DNA of 63,523 bases, counting the filler, from Octopus bimaculoides (taxonomy: Eukaryota): NCBI RefSeq assembly GCF_001194135.2. It is 6 parts of 6 records of this genome, joined end to end, with 100 filler letters (N's around TTAATTAATTAA, not from the genome) between each part and the next. Parts side by side here need not be neighbours in the genome. Positions count along the whole stretch, not along the records: positions 41,852 to 61,020 come from NC_068996.1; positions 61,121 to 62,219 come from NW_026411925.1; 4 more parts are not named here. One strand, 5' to 3'. The notes under the pieces are model-generated. The model saw only the letters and a program-made list of their open reading frames with translations, did not search any database and was not told the origin of the DNA. Shown here one piece after another: positions 50,295 to 62,319 of the stretch; within the stretch, counting starts at the first letter, position 1, and every line of letters starts with the position of its first letter. The position numbers and the translations under genes are program-made.

Positions 50295-51509
50295 TTAATC
50301 TATAATATACTTTCCTTCATTTTCTACAATGCTTTTCCATCTATCTGGTAGACTTGCAAGACCCCTCTTCCAAAATTCACTTGTCTCTGATGAAAAATAA
50401 CCTCCAGTGCTATTCTGACTTCATCTACAAAATTCATGTTTTCTTTGTCCAAATGATTTTGAAGCCACGAAATAAATGATAATCAGATGAGGTCATATCC
50501 AGTAAATATGCTGGGTGGGGCATTGTTTCCCATTCAAACTGCTCCAGCCTTTGGAATGTCATCCTTGCTGTATGTGGCCAAGCATTATCTTGATGGAAGA
50601 ACACCTTTCATCTTGAAACCAAAGATGGTCGATTTTCTTTTGGCACAGGTGTCGATGAATGATTGAATGACTAAATCCAAGCTTCTCTGCTAGTTCCTCA
50701 ACAGTTATGATGGGATTTTGTTCTACCAGTGTTTGCAGGACGTCCTTATTGAGCTCTACAGATCTTCCAGGATGCGGCTTATCTTCTAGGCTGTAGTTTC
50801 CAGCTCAGAATTTCTGGAACCATCATTGATACTGGCTTATGCTTATTGTCCAATCCCCATATACTGCATTAATATTCCTTGCACTTTCCATTGCATTGTT
50901 GTGTTTAGTGAACTCACCCCTCATTCATTGGACAATGAACTTTGCTTGCGAAGACCTATTGAGGCAAGTGTAAACAAATCAAAATCACTGACGTGGTTGA
51001 TGACTGTACCACCTGATTGGCACTTGTACCAGTGGAACGTTAAAAGTATATCCAAGCATGATTGTTTCCAGAGTCACGGATTGGCTCCCATGCTGGTAAC
51101 ATGTGAAAAGCACCATTTGAGCGTGATCATTGCCAGCGTCGCCTTACCAGCACATATACTGGTGGCATGTGAAAAACAGCATTTAAGTGTGGTCGTTGCC
51201 AGTGCCGCCGGACTAGCTCCTGTGCAGATAGCACATTAAAACACCTTTGGAGCATGGTCGTTGCCAGAACTGCCTTACTGGCCCTTGTGCCGGTGTCATG
51301 TAAAAGCACCCAATACACTCTCAGACTGGTTGGCATTAGGAAAGGTATCCAGCTGTAGAAACTTTGCCAGATCAGATTGCATCTGATGCAGCCTTTAGCT
51401 CACCAGTCCTCAGTCAAACCGTCCAACCTATGCCAGCATGGAAAGTGGACGTTAAACAATGATGATGATGATGATGATGATACTGAATATGCTCCTTTGT
51501 CACTTCCAT
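50295..51509 (-). pseudogene. mariner transposase pseudogene (interrupted at 50917-51481)
   Basis: MEVTKEHIQ | EFTKHNNAMESARNINAVYG...YSLEDKPHPGRS...IIHRHL | deletion | VFFHQDNAWPH...PHPAYLLDMTSSDYHLF...LASLPDRWKSIVENEGKYIID*. Confidence 0.88.
50917..51481 (+). mobile_element. RTE-type 3' UTR/tail insertion with (GAT)n tail, nested in the mariner ORF
   Basis: Ends ggttggcattaggaaaggtatccagctgtagaaac...tgccagcatggaaagtggacgttaaacaat(gat)n, the same tail as the RTE fragment at 57325-57810. Confidence 0.8.
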
Positions 51510-51785
51510 TATACCTTTGAAAAAATAATTGTTAAAATCGAACTGCACTCTTCAAAACTTGCACTAAGAATAAGGACAAGGTAAAATTACTATCTGCTTT
51601 TATAGCAAGCTGATGCAGGTAGTTTATCCCATTCCCCTCCGACTTTTAGTTCATGCAATTGAAAAAAACCGCATTATTTACGGGATGACCCAATATATGC
51701 TACAGAATCCAAGAAACCAGCCTTATAAGACTATGGCATAGGAAATATCTTTGATCTTTTACTTTTTAAAAATTAACTGAACTGA

Positions 51786-52175
51786 TGGTACCACATAAAA
51801 AGCATCCATGTCAGTACCATGTGAAAGGCACCCATACTGGTACCATGTAAAAAAGCACTCATGGTGGTGTCACATGAGCACCTGAGCTTGTGCCATGTAA
51901 AATGCACTCTTGCTGGTACCATTTCAAAAGCACTGGTGCTGGTGCCACATAAAACGCACCTATGCTGGTGCCATATAGAAAGCACCCCTGCTGGAGGCCA
52001 CATAAAAGCACCCATGCTGGCACTATGTAAAAAACACCCAGTACACTCAGTGAAGTGGTTGGCATAACAAAGGGCATCCAGCCATAGAAACCATGCCAAG
52101 ACAGACAAATGGTTGGCCAATTCCTGTCAAACCATCCAACCCATGCCAGCATGGAAAATAGATGTTTAATGATTG
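51786..52175 (+). mobile_element. RTE-type tail with internal minisatellite of about 27 bp (roughly 10 copies, 51786-52040)
   Basis: Repeated tgctggt(a/g)cca(t/c)(g/a)taaaa(a)gcacc(c) units followed by gtggttggcataacaaagggcatccagccatagaaacc...catgccagcatggaaa. Confidence 0.75.
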
Positions 52176-54678
52176 TGATGCCACTGCCACCGCTATCACC
52201 ACTGCTGCTGCCAACAACATATGGTGAAAGATTTTCAAGCCTTGAAGAGGCAAATCAGTCTTTGTAGAACATTCATTGTTATGCTGGAGATGCATGCTTT
52301 CCAGGAAAGACCTCTATAACAGTAAGATTTAGCATATACAATAACTTTGAGGGTTATAGTCTCATGATGGCTATGTTTACATGGTGATGGAGGCACCATA
52401 GTGTCTTTTTTTTTTTTGATATGTATAATGAATGTGTTAACGCACTATTGAATGAATCTAGATTGGTGTGATATGATTCCCATTGAAAAATGTTTCCAAG
52501 ATATCTGTTCATGAAATCAGTGCAGGTTTGGGGAGAGGGTGTATAAAATGACATGGTGCAGAAAGTTATGGGTTCCGGAAGAATGGAATGAGATATCATC
52601 CGAGTGGGAGTGGTCATTCCTGAAGTGAAAGCAAGTAGCTCCATTGATCTGTAGGATGAAGTGGTGGTGGGGAATGAAAACCAAAACATGCAACAACCAC
52701 AGAGTTTATGTATGTATATTATATACATATATATACATGTATGTATATGTAAGTGTATATGTGAATATATATNNNNNNNNNNNNNNNNNNNNNNNNNNNN
52801 NNNNNNNNNNNNNNNNNNNNNNNNNNNNNNNNNNNNNNNNNNNNNNNNNNNNNNNNNNNNNNNNNNNNNNNNNNNNNNNNNNNNNNNNNNNNNNNNNNNN
52901 NNNNNNNNNNNNNNNNNNNNNNNNNNNNNNNNNNNNNNNNNNNNNNNNNNNNNNNNNNNNNNNNNNNNNNNNNNNNNNNNNNNNNNNNNNNNNNNNNNNN
53001 NNNNNNNNNNNNNNNNNNNNNNNNNNNNNNNNNNNNNNNNNNNNNNNNNNNNNNNNNNNNNNNNNNNNNNNNNNNNNNNNNNNNNNNNNNNNNNNNNNNN
53101 NNNNNNNNNNNNNNNNNNNNNNNNNNNNNNNNNNNNNNNNNNNNNNNNNNNNNNNNNNNNNNNNNNNNNNNNNNNNNNNNNNNNNNNNNNNNNNNNNNNN
53201 NNNNNNNNNNNNNNNNNNNNNNNNNNNNNNNNNNNNNNNNNNNNNNNNNNNNNNNNNNNNNNNNNNNNNNNNNNNNNNNNNNNNNNNNNNNNNNNNNNNN
53301 NNNNNNNNNNNNNNNNNNNNNNNNNNNNNNNNNNNNNNNNNNNNNNNNNNNNNNNNNNNNNNNNNNNNNNNNNNNNNNNNNNNNNNNNNNNNNNNNNNNN
53401 NNNNNNNNNNNNNNNNNNNNNNNNNNNNNNNNNNNNNNNNNNNNNNNNNNNNNNNNNNNNNNNNNNNNNATACATGTATATATATATATTTGTATATATA
53501 TGTGTGTGAGTGTATGAGTCACACACATATATATACAAATATATATATATACATGTATACATATATATATATATGTATATGTATACATATATATATATAT
53601 ATGTATACATATACATATATATATATATGTATACATGTATATATATATATTTGTATATATATGTGTGTGAGTGTATGAGTCTCCTATATTACATTTATTC
53701 ATTTTTAATGATTGTTGATAAACTGATGCATGCTTCAATTTATTGACTTCATTGAATGAATACAAAGTAAGTTCAGGTGAGAGACCTTATGGATATAAAA
53801 AGCAGCTATGGCAACTTTAGGAATATAGAGAGTGTGGGTGGATAAGTGAGTGGGGTTTGTGTGAATAAATAAGAAGTTTTCAGTAGGCTTCAATTCAAAC
53901 AGATTTATTTAGAAAGAAAAATATCTACATAGAAAGAAAGAGATATACTAATAATGGAAGAGGATGGGAGAGTGAGACAGAAGAACCTAATGATAGTAGA
54001 GTAAAAAGTGTGAGGTGGAACAGATTATGGAAAAATGCATTACAAGTATAAAAATACAAGGAAGTTTAAGTTACTAGGGCATCAGTTTTTAGTGTCATAG
54101 ATTCAATATAAAGGATTTTAGTTGAAAATCAGTGGTTACCTTGACCTTAATATTAACTGTAATTGTAAAAGCCCCTTAAATGACAAACCTAGAAAGATAA
54201 ATAGTTTATGACTTCAATGAAATTTCAATAATTCATCATACACAATTTGTAGGATTAACTCTATAATAATCACACATAAACATTCAGAAGCCTAAAAAAA
54301 AAAAATGAAACTTCACTCCCTGAAATTATTTGAGAGTTAGAGGAGAATCATATTAACCATGCACTCAAAGAGAACATAATATATGAAGCTAAGTCATATC
54401 ATAACAAGAGACCATGTCATTTATACATTATGGAAAATATGGCGAACATATTTGATTAAGGTAATATCATAAATAAGCACAGTGGGAAAATTGTCCTCCA
54501 AAACTTACCTATACTTTTAAACCCAAACATTGTAATACAGATAAAAGGACCTACACATTGACTTACCACACTCTAACTATCAACTTTTTAAACTGAGGTA
54601 CTAAATCTTTCATTGGCCTCCAAATTCAATTCTTATGCATATATAGTATCCGATGTGTATTTTAAAACTTTTTAATCA

Positions 54679-54982
54679 GGCGCAGGGGTGGCTGTGTGGT
54701 AAGTAGCTTGCTTACCAACCACATGGTTCCAGGTTCAGTCCCACTGCGTGGCACCTTGGGCAAGTGTCTTCTACTATAGCCTCAGACCGACCAAGCCTTG
54801 TGAGTGGATTTGGTAGACGGAAACTGAAAGAAGCCCGTCGTATATATGTATATGTATATATATGTGTGTGTGTGTGTGTATGTGTTTGTCCCTCCCAACA
54901 TCGCTTGACAACCAATGCTGGTGTGTTTACATCCCCGTAACTTAGCGGTTCGGCAAAAGAGATCGATAGAATAAGTACTAGG
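54679..54982 (+). mobile_element. SINE family A, young; 3' end in gap
   Basis: ggcgcaggggtggctgtgtggtaagtagc...gatagaataagtactagg. Confidence 0.9.
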
Positions 54983-56289
54983 NNNNNNNNNNNNNNNNNN
55001 NNNNNNNNNNNNNNNNNNNNNNNNNNNNNNNNNNNNNNNNNNNNNNNNNNNNNNNNNNNNNNNNNNNNNNNNNNNNNNNNNNNNNNNNNNNNNNNNNNNN
55101 NNNNNNNNNNNNNNNNNNNNNNNNNNNNNNNNNNNNNNNNNNNNNNNNNNNNNNNNNNNNNNNNNNNNNNNNNNNNNNNNNNNNNNNNNNNNNNNNNNNN
55201 NNNNNNNNNNNNNNNNNNNNNNNNNNNNNNNNNNNNNNNNNNNNNNNNNNNNNNNNNNNNNNNNNNNNNNNNNNNNNNNNNNNNNNNNNNNNNNNNNNNN
55301 NNNNNNNNNNNNNNNNNNNNNNNNNNNNNNNNNNNNNNNNNNNNNNNNNNNNNNNNNNNNNNNNNNNNNNNNNNNNNNNNNNNNNNNNNNNNNNNNNNNN
55401 NNNNNNNNNNNNNNNNNNNNNNNNNNNNGAGGAGGAGGAGGGTGATGGTGGTAGTGGTGGTGGTAGTGGTGGTGGTGTTGGTGGTGGTGGTGGTAGTGAT
55501 GATGATGGTGATAATGATGATGATGATGATGATGATATTTATTCACTTAGCAGGCCCACATACATTCTACTTCCAATCCATCCTTTTTAAATAAATTCAA
55601 AAAATATTCATTCTTTTATATTATATTGTTTACATCCATTAGTCACTTTACCCATATCAAATTCCATCTTTACCCCACCATTTTAATATAGGACTTAATT
55701 ATAATTATTTCTCACTTGTTTTATTCAACTTTAATTTGCATTTATTTTTTTATTTAAGCTTTTCAGTTATGTCCCTTTTATTCCCAAATACCTTTTCTTA
55801 TTTTTTTATATATATTTGGAATCTAACCCTATTTCCATTTCTATTTTTATCTCTCTGCCTCCTTTAATGCTCTATTAATGTTTTAACTTTCCTCACATAA
55901 TCCTCATTATTGTGTTTATAATGATCCCTCACAATCTCTCTCTCTCTCTCGTTTTTATAACAGTCCTGATTAATCTTTATCTTCACCTGTTTATATTACT
56001 TCAATTACAATAGTAATTTAATTTTTCTCCTCTTTTTTTTTTATTGCCTCTCTTAATACTTTTAACATTTTATTTTTCGAAATATAACTTTAAAATTTCT
56101 GTCCTTAATTATTTAATATCTTTAATGTAGCCTATAAAAGCACCATTCCTTTTCATTTATGCTTCACCCTATAAACAGTAATTTTTTTTCCTTCCCCAAA
56201 CCTTTTAAAGTTTATATTTAATTTTCAACTTTAAGCCTTGCCATTTGCTTCAAGTCAACTAACTATCATTCAAGTATTTCCTGACTAAA

Positions 56290-56355
56290 ACCCCCTTAAG
56301 GTAGTGCTCCAGCATGGCCACAGTCAAATGACTAAAACAAGTAAAAGATAAAAGC
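56290..56355 (+). mobile_element. SINE family A 3' tip
   Basis: aaggtagtgctccagcatggccacagtcaaatgactaaaacaagtaaaagataaaag. Confidence 0.78.
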
Positions 56356-56821
56356 TAGCTGTTTAGCTCTAAGTAAACCATAATAAATCAGACTTGTGAT
56401 TAAAGGCATTCCATCCATGGCCATCTCTCTCTCTCCCTCTTTGTATATGTCTTATCTGTTTTACACACATCAACAACTTTGAACTTCCCATGCCAAAGTC
56501 TGAAAATTCATGATTTGTTTTCCCCTTTAGAAACAATACAATAGTGGTTTGCCATTGCTTTTTGCTAGTTTATTTGGCAATTATTCCACTAGTGCCCAGC
56601 TTTCCTGACCTTTGACTCTGAGGCACAACCTATTTAACCCCTTAGGCAGGGAAACTGGTTTATATGACATTAGGACATATCTACACACCAGTGAGTTTCT
56701 ATAATACCTGTTTAAGGGCCACCCTTTTGCTGAGTTCTTTATGTCATAATCACACAACCTTCTCCTGCTATTTGGCCCACAACCAGGACCCTTGACAAGT
56801 AGTGCCACTCTGAGCCAAAGT

Positions 56822-56960
56822 CAGGGCCATCTTAAAACTATTCAATGCATCAGTCCCATAGTATTTATTTATTGACAGTATACATAGATCATAATTGGGC
56901 CCCTAGACCCATGTGGCCTCAGACAACTGCTCAGTGTTCCCATGCCTTAAGATGGCACTG
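56822..56960. mobile_element. hAT-type MITE (139 bp)
   Basis: 14 bp TIRs cagggccatcttaa / ttaagatggcactg; imperfect 8 bp flanking repeat gccaaagt / gccatagg. Confidence 0.7.
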
Positions 56961-57324
56961 GCCATAGGGAATCTGGGAGTAGGGACCACTAAGGGGTAAT
57001 ACTAAACTCCCCAAAGATTCCTGAACTCCTAACTCTAACCCTAACCCTGAAACCCTACAAGAGATGTAGTTTAATGCTTTCCCAAGATCATTCATTTCTA
57101 CTTTGACTTATTAACCCTTCATCTCTGCCTTGACTCATACAGTTACTAACATATCAAGTCTATTTTTATCATAATTTATTCTTTCCTTTTTATTGCTCTT
57201 CTTAAGACTTTTGATATTCTGTTTTTTTAAATAAACTTTTAAATTTCTTTTCTTAATTATCTAGTATTAAATATATAAATATTAAATTTATATCAAATAT
57301 ATAAATATAGCTTTTAATAAATAC

Positions 57325-57773
57325 AAGAAATGTCAATCTCTCAAAGTCGATGGAACATGTGGAAATGGGAGACCCAAGAAGACATGGGACGAAGTACTGA
57401 AGGACGACCTGAAGGAAGACACTGAAGTGTTCATGCAAGATGACAGAGGGCCAAGATACCTGGTGCCTTGCTGTATTCAAGAAGACCCGTCCTATACAGC
57501 AAAAGTGTTAAGGGCTGGTCCCCCACTTCCTGGTGACGAGGATTGGCCTGCAAGAGTCCTGAGTAAAAAGCACTTGTGCTGGTGCTATGTTAAAGCTCTA
57601 GTACAATACCATGTAAAAGTACCCGGTACACTCTATAAAGTAGCTTATATTAGGAAGGGCATCCAGCTGTAGAAACCAAGCCAAAACAGACAATTGGAGC
57701 CTGGTGCAGCTCTCCAGCTTGCTAGCTCTGGTCAAACCACCCAAGCCATGCCAGCATGGACAACATACATTAA

Positions 57774-57810
<37 letters not shown>
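57325..57810 (+). mobile_element. RTE-clade LINE 3' end
   Basis: KKCQSLKVDGTCGNGRPKKTWDEVLKDDLK, then MTEGQDTWCLAVFKKTRP, 3' UTR and (GAT)n tail. Confidence 0.85.
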
Positions 57811-58054
57811 CTTGTCCTTTTAATTTACACAATTTTTCTTTTGTTCTTTTTTTTTTATCAAATCTTTTATACTTTATACCAGTGCTTTTTAAATGGAGTC
57901 CACATGACCCCTGGGGGGTTATATAAAAATTCTGGAGGTCTACACAAGCAAAATAGTAAATTGGGTATTCACAGTAGTATTTTAAGGGTCCATGAATGCA
58001 GTTTGCTTTAGAAGCAAGAGACAACGAGGTTTAATATAGTTTAACATGTTTCTG

Positions 58055-58119
<65 letters not shown>

Positions 58120-58282
58120 TAGATGGGCTTCTTTCAGTTTTCCTCAACCAAATCCACTCACAAAGCTTTGATTGGCTTAGGAATAACACTAGCAAAAGGT
58201 ACTTATCCAAGGTTACCATACAACTTCTTGGTCACACAGCGTACACCTCTCTTAACACTTTTAATATCATTTTTCAAGATGA

Positions 58283-58905
58283 AGCAGAGAACTTAGCAGC
58301 GTTTTGTCCGTCTTTACATTTCAGAGTTCAAATTCTACCAAGGTTGACTTTGCCTTTCATCCTTTTGTCATCATCATCATCATCATCATCATTGTTTAAC
58401 GTCCGTTTTCCATGCTGGCATGGGTTGGACGGTTTGACTGAGGACTGACAAGCCAGTAGGCTACACCAGGCTCCAGTCTGATCTGGCAGTGTTTCTACAG
58501 CTGGATGCTCTTCCTAATGCCAACCATTCCGAGAGGGTAGTAGGTGCTTTTTATGTTCCACCAGCACAGAAGCCAGTCAGGCGGGCCTGGCATCAATCAT
58601 GTTTGAATAGTACTTTTTACATGCCACCAGCAAGAGAGTCAGTCAGGGGTACTGGCATGTGCCACGTCCAAAATATAACAACAAATAAATATTTTGTAAC
58701 CACCCACACCTTAAGGGTATCAAAAAGGGTATCAGATCATCTGAGGGATGTCACACAATGGTTTGCCCTCAAGGTTGACACCTCCAGGATTTTCCTTTCC
58801 CAAGGGACTCACAAGGGGTCAATAAAATAAGTACCAGCTGATTACTGGGGTTAGTGTAATCAACTTACCCCAACCCCTGAAATTACATGCCTTGTGCCAA
58901 AATAA
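58283..58905 (+). mobile_element. SINE family B split by an insertion of about 450 bp (58368-58815) carrying a minus-strand RTE-type tail
   Basis: ...gcctttcatccttttg | (tca)n ttgtttaacgtccgttttccatgctggc... | aggggtcaataaaataagtacc...cttgtgccaaaa. Confidence 0.75.
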
Positions 58906-59384
58906 GAAAGAAACAAATATTAAATTTTAAAATAAAGGTTTTAAATTTCCTTATTTAATACCTTTAATGTACCATATAAATACCCTGCCCTTTGAGTTTC
59001 ATTTCAGGCTGTTTTTTTTTTTTTTACCAAACTTATTTATTTTCTAATGTTTATATTTTTATCTTTAATGTTTAACCTTAATCCCTTGCCTTTTGCTTCA
59101 AGTGCCAAGTGCTACTAACTTCCACCCTTGTAATCATTTAAACGCATTTGTGAAATACGATATATACTTATATTTCTGTCTCTAAGCAGACATGTTAATC
59201 TCATAGTATATAGTTATTAACACACCAAGTCTATATTTACCTTTTAATTTCACTTTTAATTAGGGAAAAAAATTTATTACCGCTACTGGAATCCCTTCTG
59301 CCTTTGCATGTTAATTAACTAAACAATATTATAACTCTAACAACAACCCTGTGAGTGTATATTTATTTGAATATGTTAAAAAGT

Positions 59385-59900
59385 TCGTGTGTTAAAAAGT
59401 TTGCTTCTCTACCACATGGTTCTGGGTTCAGTTCCACCATGTGACACCATAGGCAAGTGTCTTTTGCTACAGCCTCGGGCCGACCAAAGCCTTTTGAGTG
59501 GATTTGGTGGATGGAAACTGAAAGAAGCCCATCGTATATATGTATATATATATATGTATGTATGTGTGTATATATATGTTTGTGTGTCTGTGTTCGTCCC
59601 CCCAACATCACTTGACAATGCTGGTGTATTTACGTCCCCGAAAGGATGAAAGGTAAAGTCGACCTCGGCAGAATTTGAACTCAGAACGTAGCGGCAGACG
59701 AAATACCGNNNNNNNNNNNNNNNNNNNNNNNNATATATATATATATATACATACACATATACATATATACAACGGGCTTCTTTCAGTTTCCGTCTACCAA
59801 ATCCACTCACAAGACTTTGGTCGGCCCGAGGCTATAGTAGAAGATACTTTCCCCAGGTGCCACACAGTAGGACTGAACCCAGAACCATGTGGTTCTTTCC
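59385..59900. mobile_element. Cluster of SINE pieces: A on + (59385-59640), B on - (59640-59708), A on - (59770-59900)
   Basis: Direct similarity to other copies in the window. Confidence 0.8.
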
Positions 59901-60258
59901 TCACTGCCACATCTGCACCTACTTTATTTTAACTGGGTAATGACCTTTTTCTAATAGACCCATACCAATCATTTAGTATTTTATGATTTAACCTTTCACA
60001 TACCATGCTATTGTTTTGTCTAGTTTTCTTTCTGATTTGCTGTTCTTTTTTTTTCATTTTTTTTATCCCTCCCCCTTTATTCTTTTTGTTTTATTTGTTC
60101 TTCATACATCTTATTCACATTCGCATACATCTTAAACTATCTTCCTATTATCAATATATTTCCATTTTACGATAATATTCTGTGCAAATATAATGCTTTC
60201 AGCTAACAGTCTACAAAATTAAAATCTGTTGCTGTAGTAACTTCCTGTTCCTCATATA

Positions 60259-60294
<36 letters not shown>

Positions 60295-60299
60295 TTCTT

Positions 60300-60690
60300 T
60301 TATTTTTTCTTTTACTTGTTTCAGTCATTTGACTGCGGCCATGCTTGAGCACCACCTTTAGTTGAGCAAATCGACCCCAGGGCTTATTCTTTCTAAGCCT
60401 AGTACTTATTCTATCAGTCTCTTTTGCCGAACCGCTAAGTTACAGGGACATAAACACACCAGCATCAGTTGTCAAACGATGGTGGGGGGAGGGACAGACA
60501 CAGACACACACACACACACACACACATAACGGGCTTCTTTCAGTTTCCATCTACCAAATCCACTCACAAGGCTTTAGTCGACCTGAGGCTATAGTAGAAG
60601 ACACTTGCCCAAGGTGCCATGCAGTAAGACTGAATGTGGAACCATGTGGTTGGTAAGCAATTTACTTACCACACAGCCACTCCTGTATGT
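60300..60690 (-). mobile_element. SINE family A, full-length
   Basis: ttacttgtttcagtcatttgactgcggcc...accacacagccactcctg. Confidence 0.9.
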
Positions 60691-60730
60691 ATATATTTAT
60701 ATATATACATACATACATATATATATATTT

Positions 60731-61020
60731 TTATTTATTTATTTATGTGTTTCAGCCAAGTGGCTGCGGTCATGCTGGTGCACCACCGTGATTTTCACGT
60801 TCCTTGCATGGCTCTTCTCCCCCACCTGACATGGTCCAATCAAGAGTTTTGATGGCACATCTGGTGTATAAGAGAATTTGACACAGCTGCCCTAAACTGC
60901 GTCTCATTACGAGCCATTGGTTCGTCTGGTATCGTGGAGAGGAAAGCGTCAAGTTTTGTCTTGAAGACCTCCGTATCCATGTCTTGCATGTCTCTCAAAT
61001 GTTTTGGCAGGGCATTGAAG
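60731..61020 (-). mobile_element. CR1/L2-group LINE 3' end (ORF2 C-terminus, 3' UTR, (TAAA)n); continues into a gap
   Basis: Open frame 61019-60840: FNALPKHLRDMQDMDTEVFKTKLDAFLSTIPDEPMARNETQFRAAVSNSLIHQMCHQNS*. Confidence 0.88.
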
Positions 61021-62319
61021 NNNNNNNNNNNNNNNNNNNNNNNNNNNNNNNNNNNNNNNNNNNNTTAATTAATTAANNNNNNNNNNNNNNNNNNNNNNNN
61101 NNNNNNNNNNNNNNNNNNNNTTTTTCGGAGAGATAAGCTAACAAAAGCCTCTATATTTTGTCTTTCCACATAGCCTGCGCATAAACGAATAGCTAAAGCT
61201 GCATAAAGTGAAATTGGTATGGAGCTTTCTGAAAGATACGTATAGCTTTCGCTAGTGGAAGCAAAACTCTTATTTAAAGGCTGATTCCTTGGGGCGAATG
61301 ATATGTAATTGTTTAAAAAAGGCTAGAACGACAATGCTAAAAGGTATTTGAAACGATGGACAACAGTCGAAATATTATAATGGATGGATAAATAAGCATC
61401 CTTAAAGTGAAACAATGCCTTCGTAGTTAAACAAATGTATCAACAAATAGAAGAGAGTGAAGGGAACATCACCTTTCAAGTAACTCAGAAGAGGTAAAGG
61501 TAAGCTTGCCAAAGTTTAATGTAGTTTAAATATTGAGATTAAGATTGTTTGGTATTGGATATTCATCGCGTACACCTTTCCTAGTCAATTTACTCCCAGT
61601 GGCAGGTGGACAGTCGAAATAAATAGACAGAATCCTTTCAATTTTAGAAAAAGTTTTTAAAAAGTATGGAAGACCCTACATACAAAAAATAATGTCCATT
61701 TACGTTCATTTACGCGGGGGATTTGGGCAAAATGTTATAGTGCATGACCATCCTTGGGACATAAGGAATGTGTGTGCAAAGTTTGATGAAAATCAGTTGA
61801 GAATTGTGGAAATGTATGCGTTAATCATTATACTCACACATACTGTGATTTATACATAACAGATATACAGAGAGAGGGAGAGAGAAACAGAGAAACAAAC
61901 TGACAGACAGTCAGACAGATAGATAAATAGAGAGAGAGAGAGAGATAGTTGAACGTTTCTATGACTGTCATAACAATTGTGGCTACTGTATGCATAAAAA
62001 TAGCTGGAACCATCTAAAATATTGGCAGTTGTTGATTCCTTTTAGTCAAATACGGACAGATTGCCTGGCAGACGCCGCTTCTAACCCACTTGGCTTCTTA
62101 CTCCACACTCTCAGCCTTATCGTTACCATTCTCATTGGTTCTTAAGAATATACACAACATAAAAAAATATATGCGAAATGACAAATGATTGTGTAACAAA
62201 TGCTTGTGCGTGTGTTTATNNNNNNNNNNNNNNNNNNNNNNNNNNNNNNNNNNNNNNNNNNNNTTAATTAATTAANNNNNNNNNNNNNNNNNNNNNNNNN
62301 NNNNNNNNNNNNNNNNNNN

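Larger units (their letters stand above)
50219..51693 (-). mobile_element. mariner DNA transposon with both TIRs and TA TSD, internally deleted
   Basis: TIRs ttgggtcatccc(a/g)taaataatgc(a/g)gtttttt at both ends; TA at 50217-50218 and 51694-51695. Confidence 0.93.
50041..51735 (+). mobile_element. SINE head C + tail X, split by the mariner insertion (SINE parts 50041-50216 and 51696-51735)
   Basis: ...catgttgctccagtccactcaactggtaaaaatgagtgatcctgcaatggaccaacatcctgccaggggaagaa-TA | mariner | TA-tatgctacagaatccaagaaaccagccttataag. Confidence 0.75.

Noticed and set aside
52215-52275. GERFSSLEEANQSL resembling the FAR1/MULE N-terminus
   Set aside because: Only 14 residues, followed by a stop with no further similarity.
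57028-57057. ctaactctaaccctaaccctgaaaccct telomere-like run
   Set aside because: Only 4-5 degenerate units; too short to call an interstitial telomere or Helentron.
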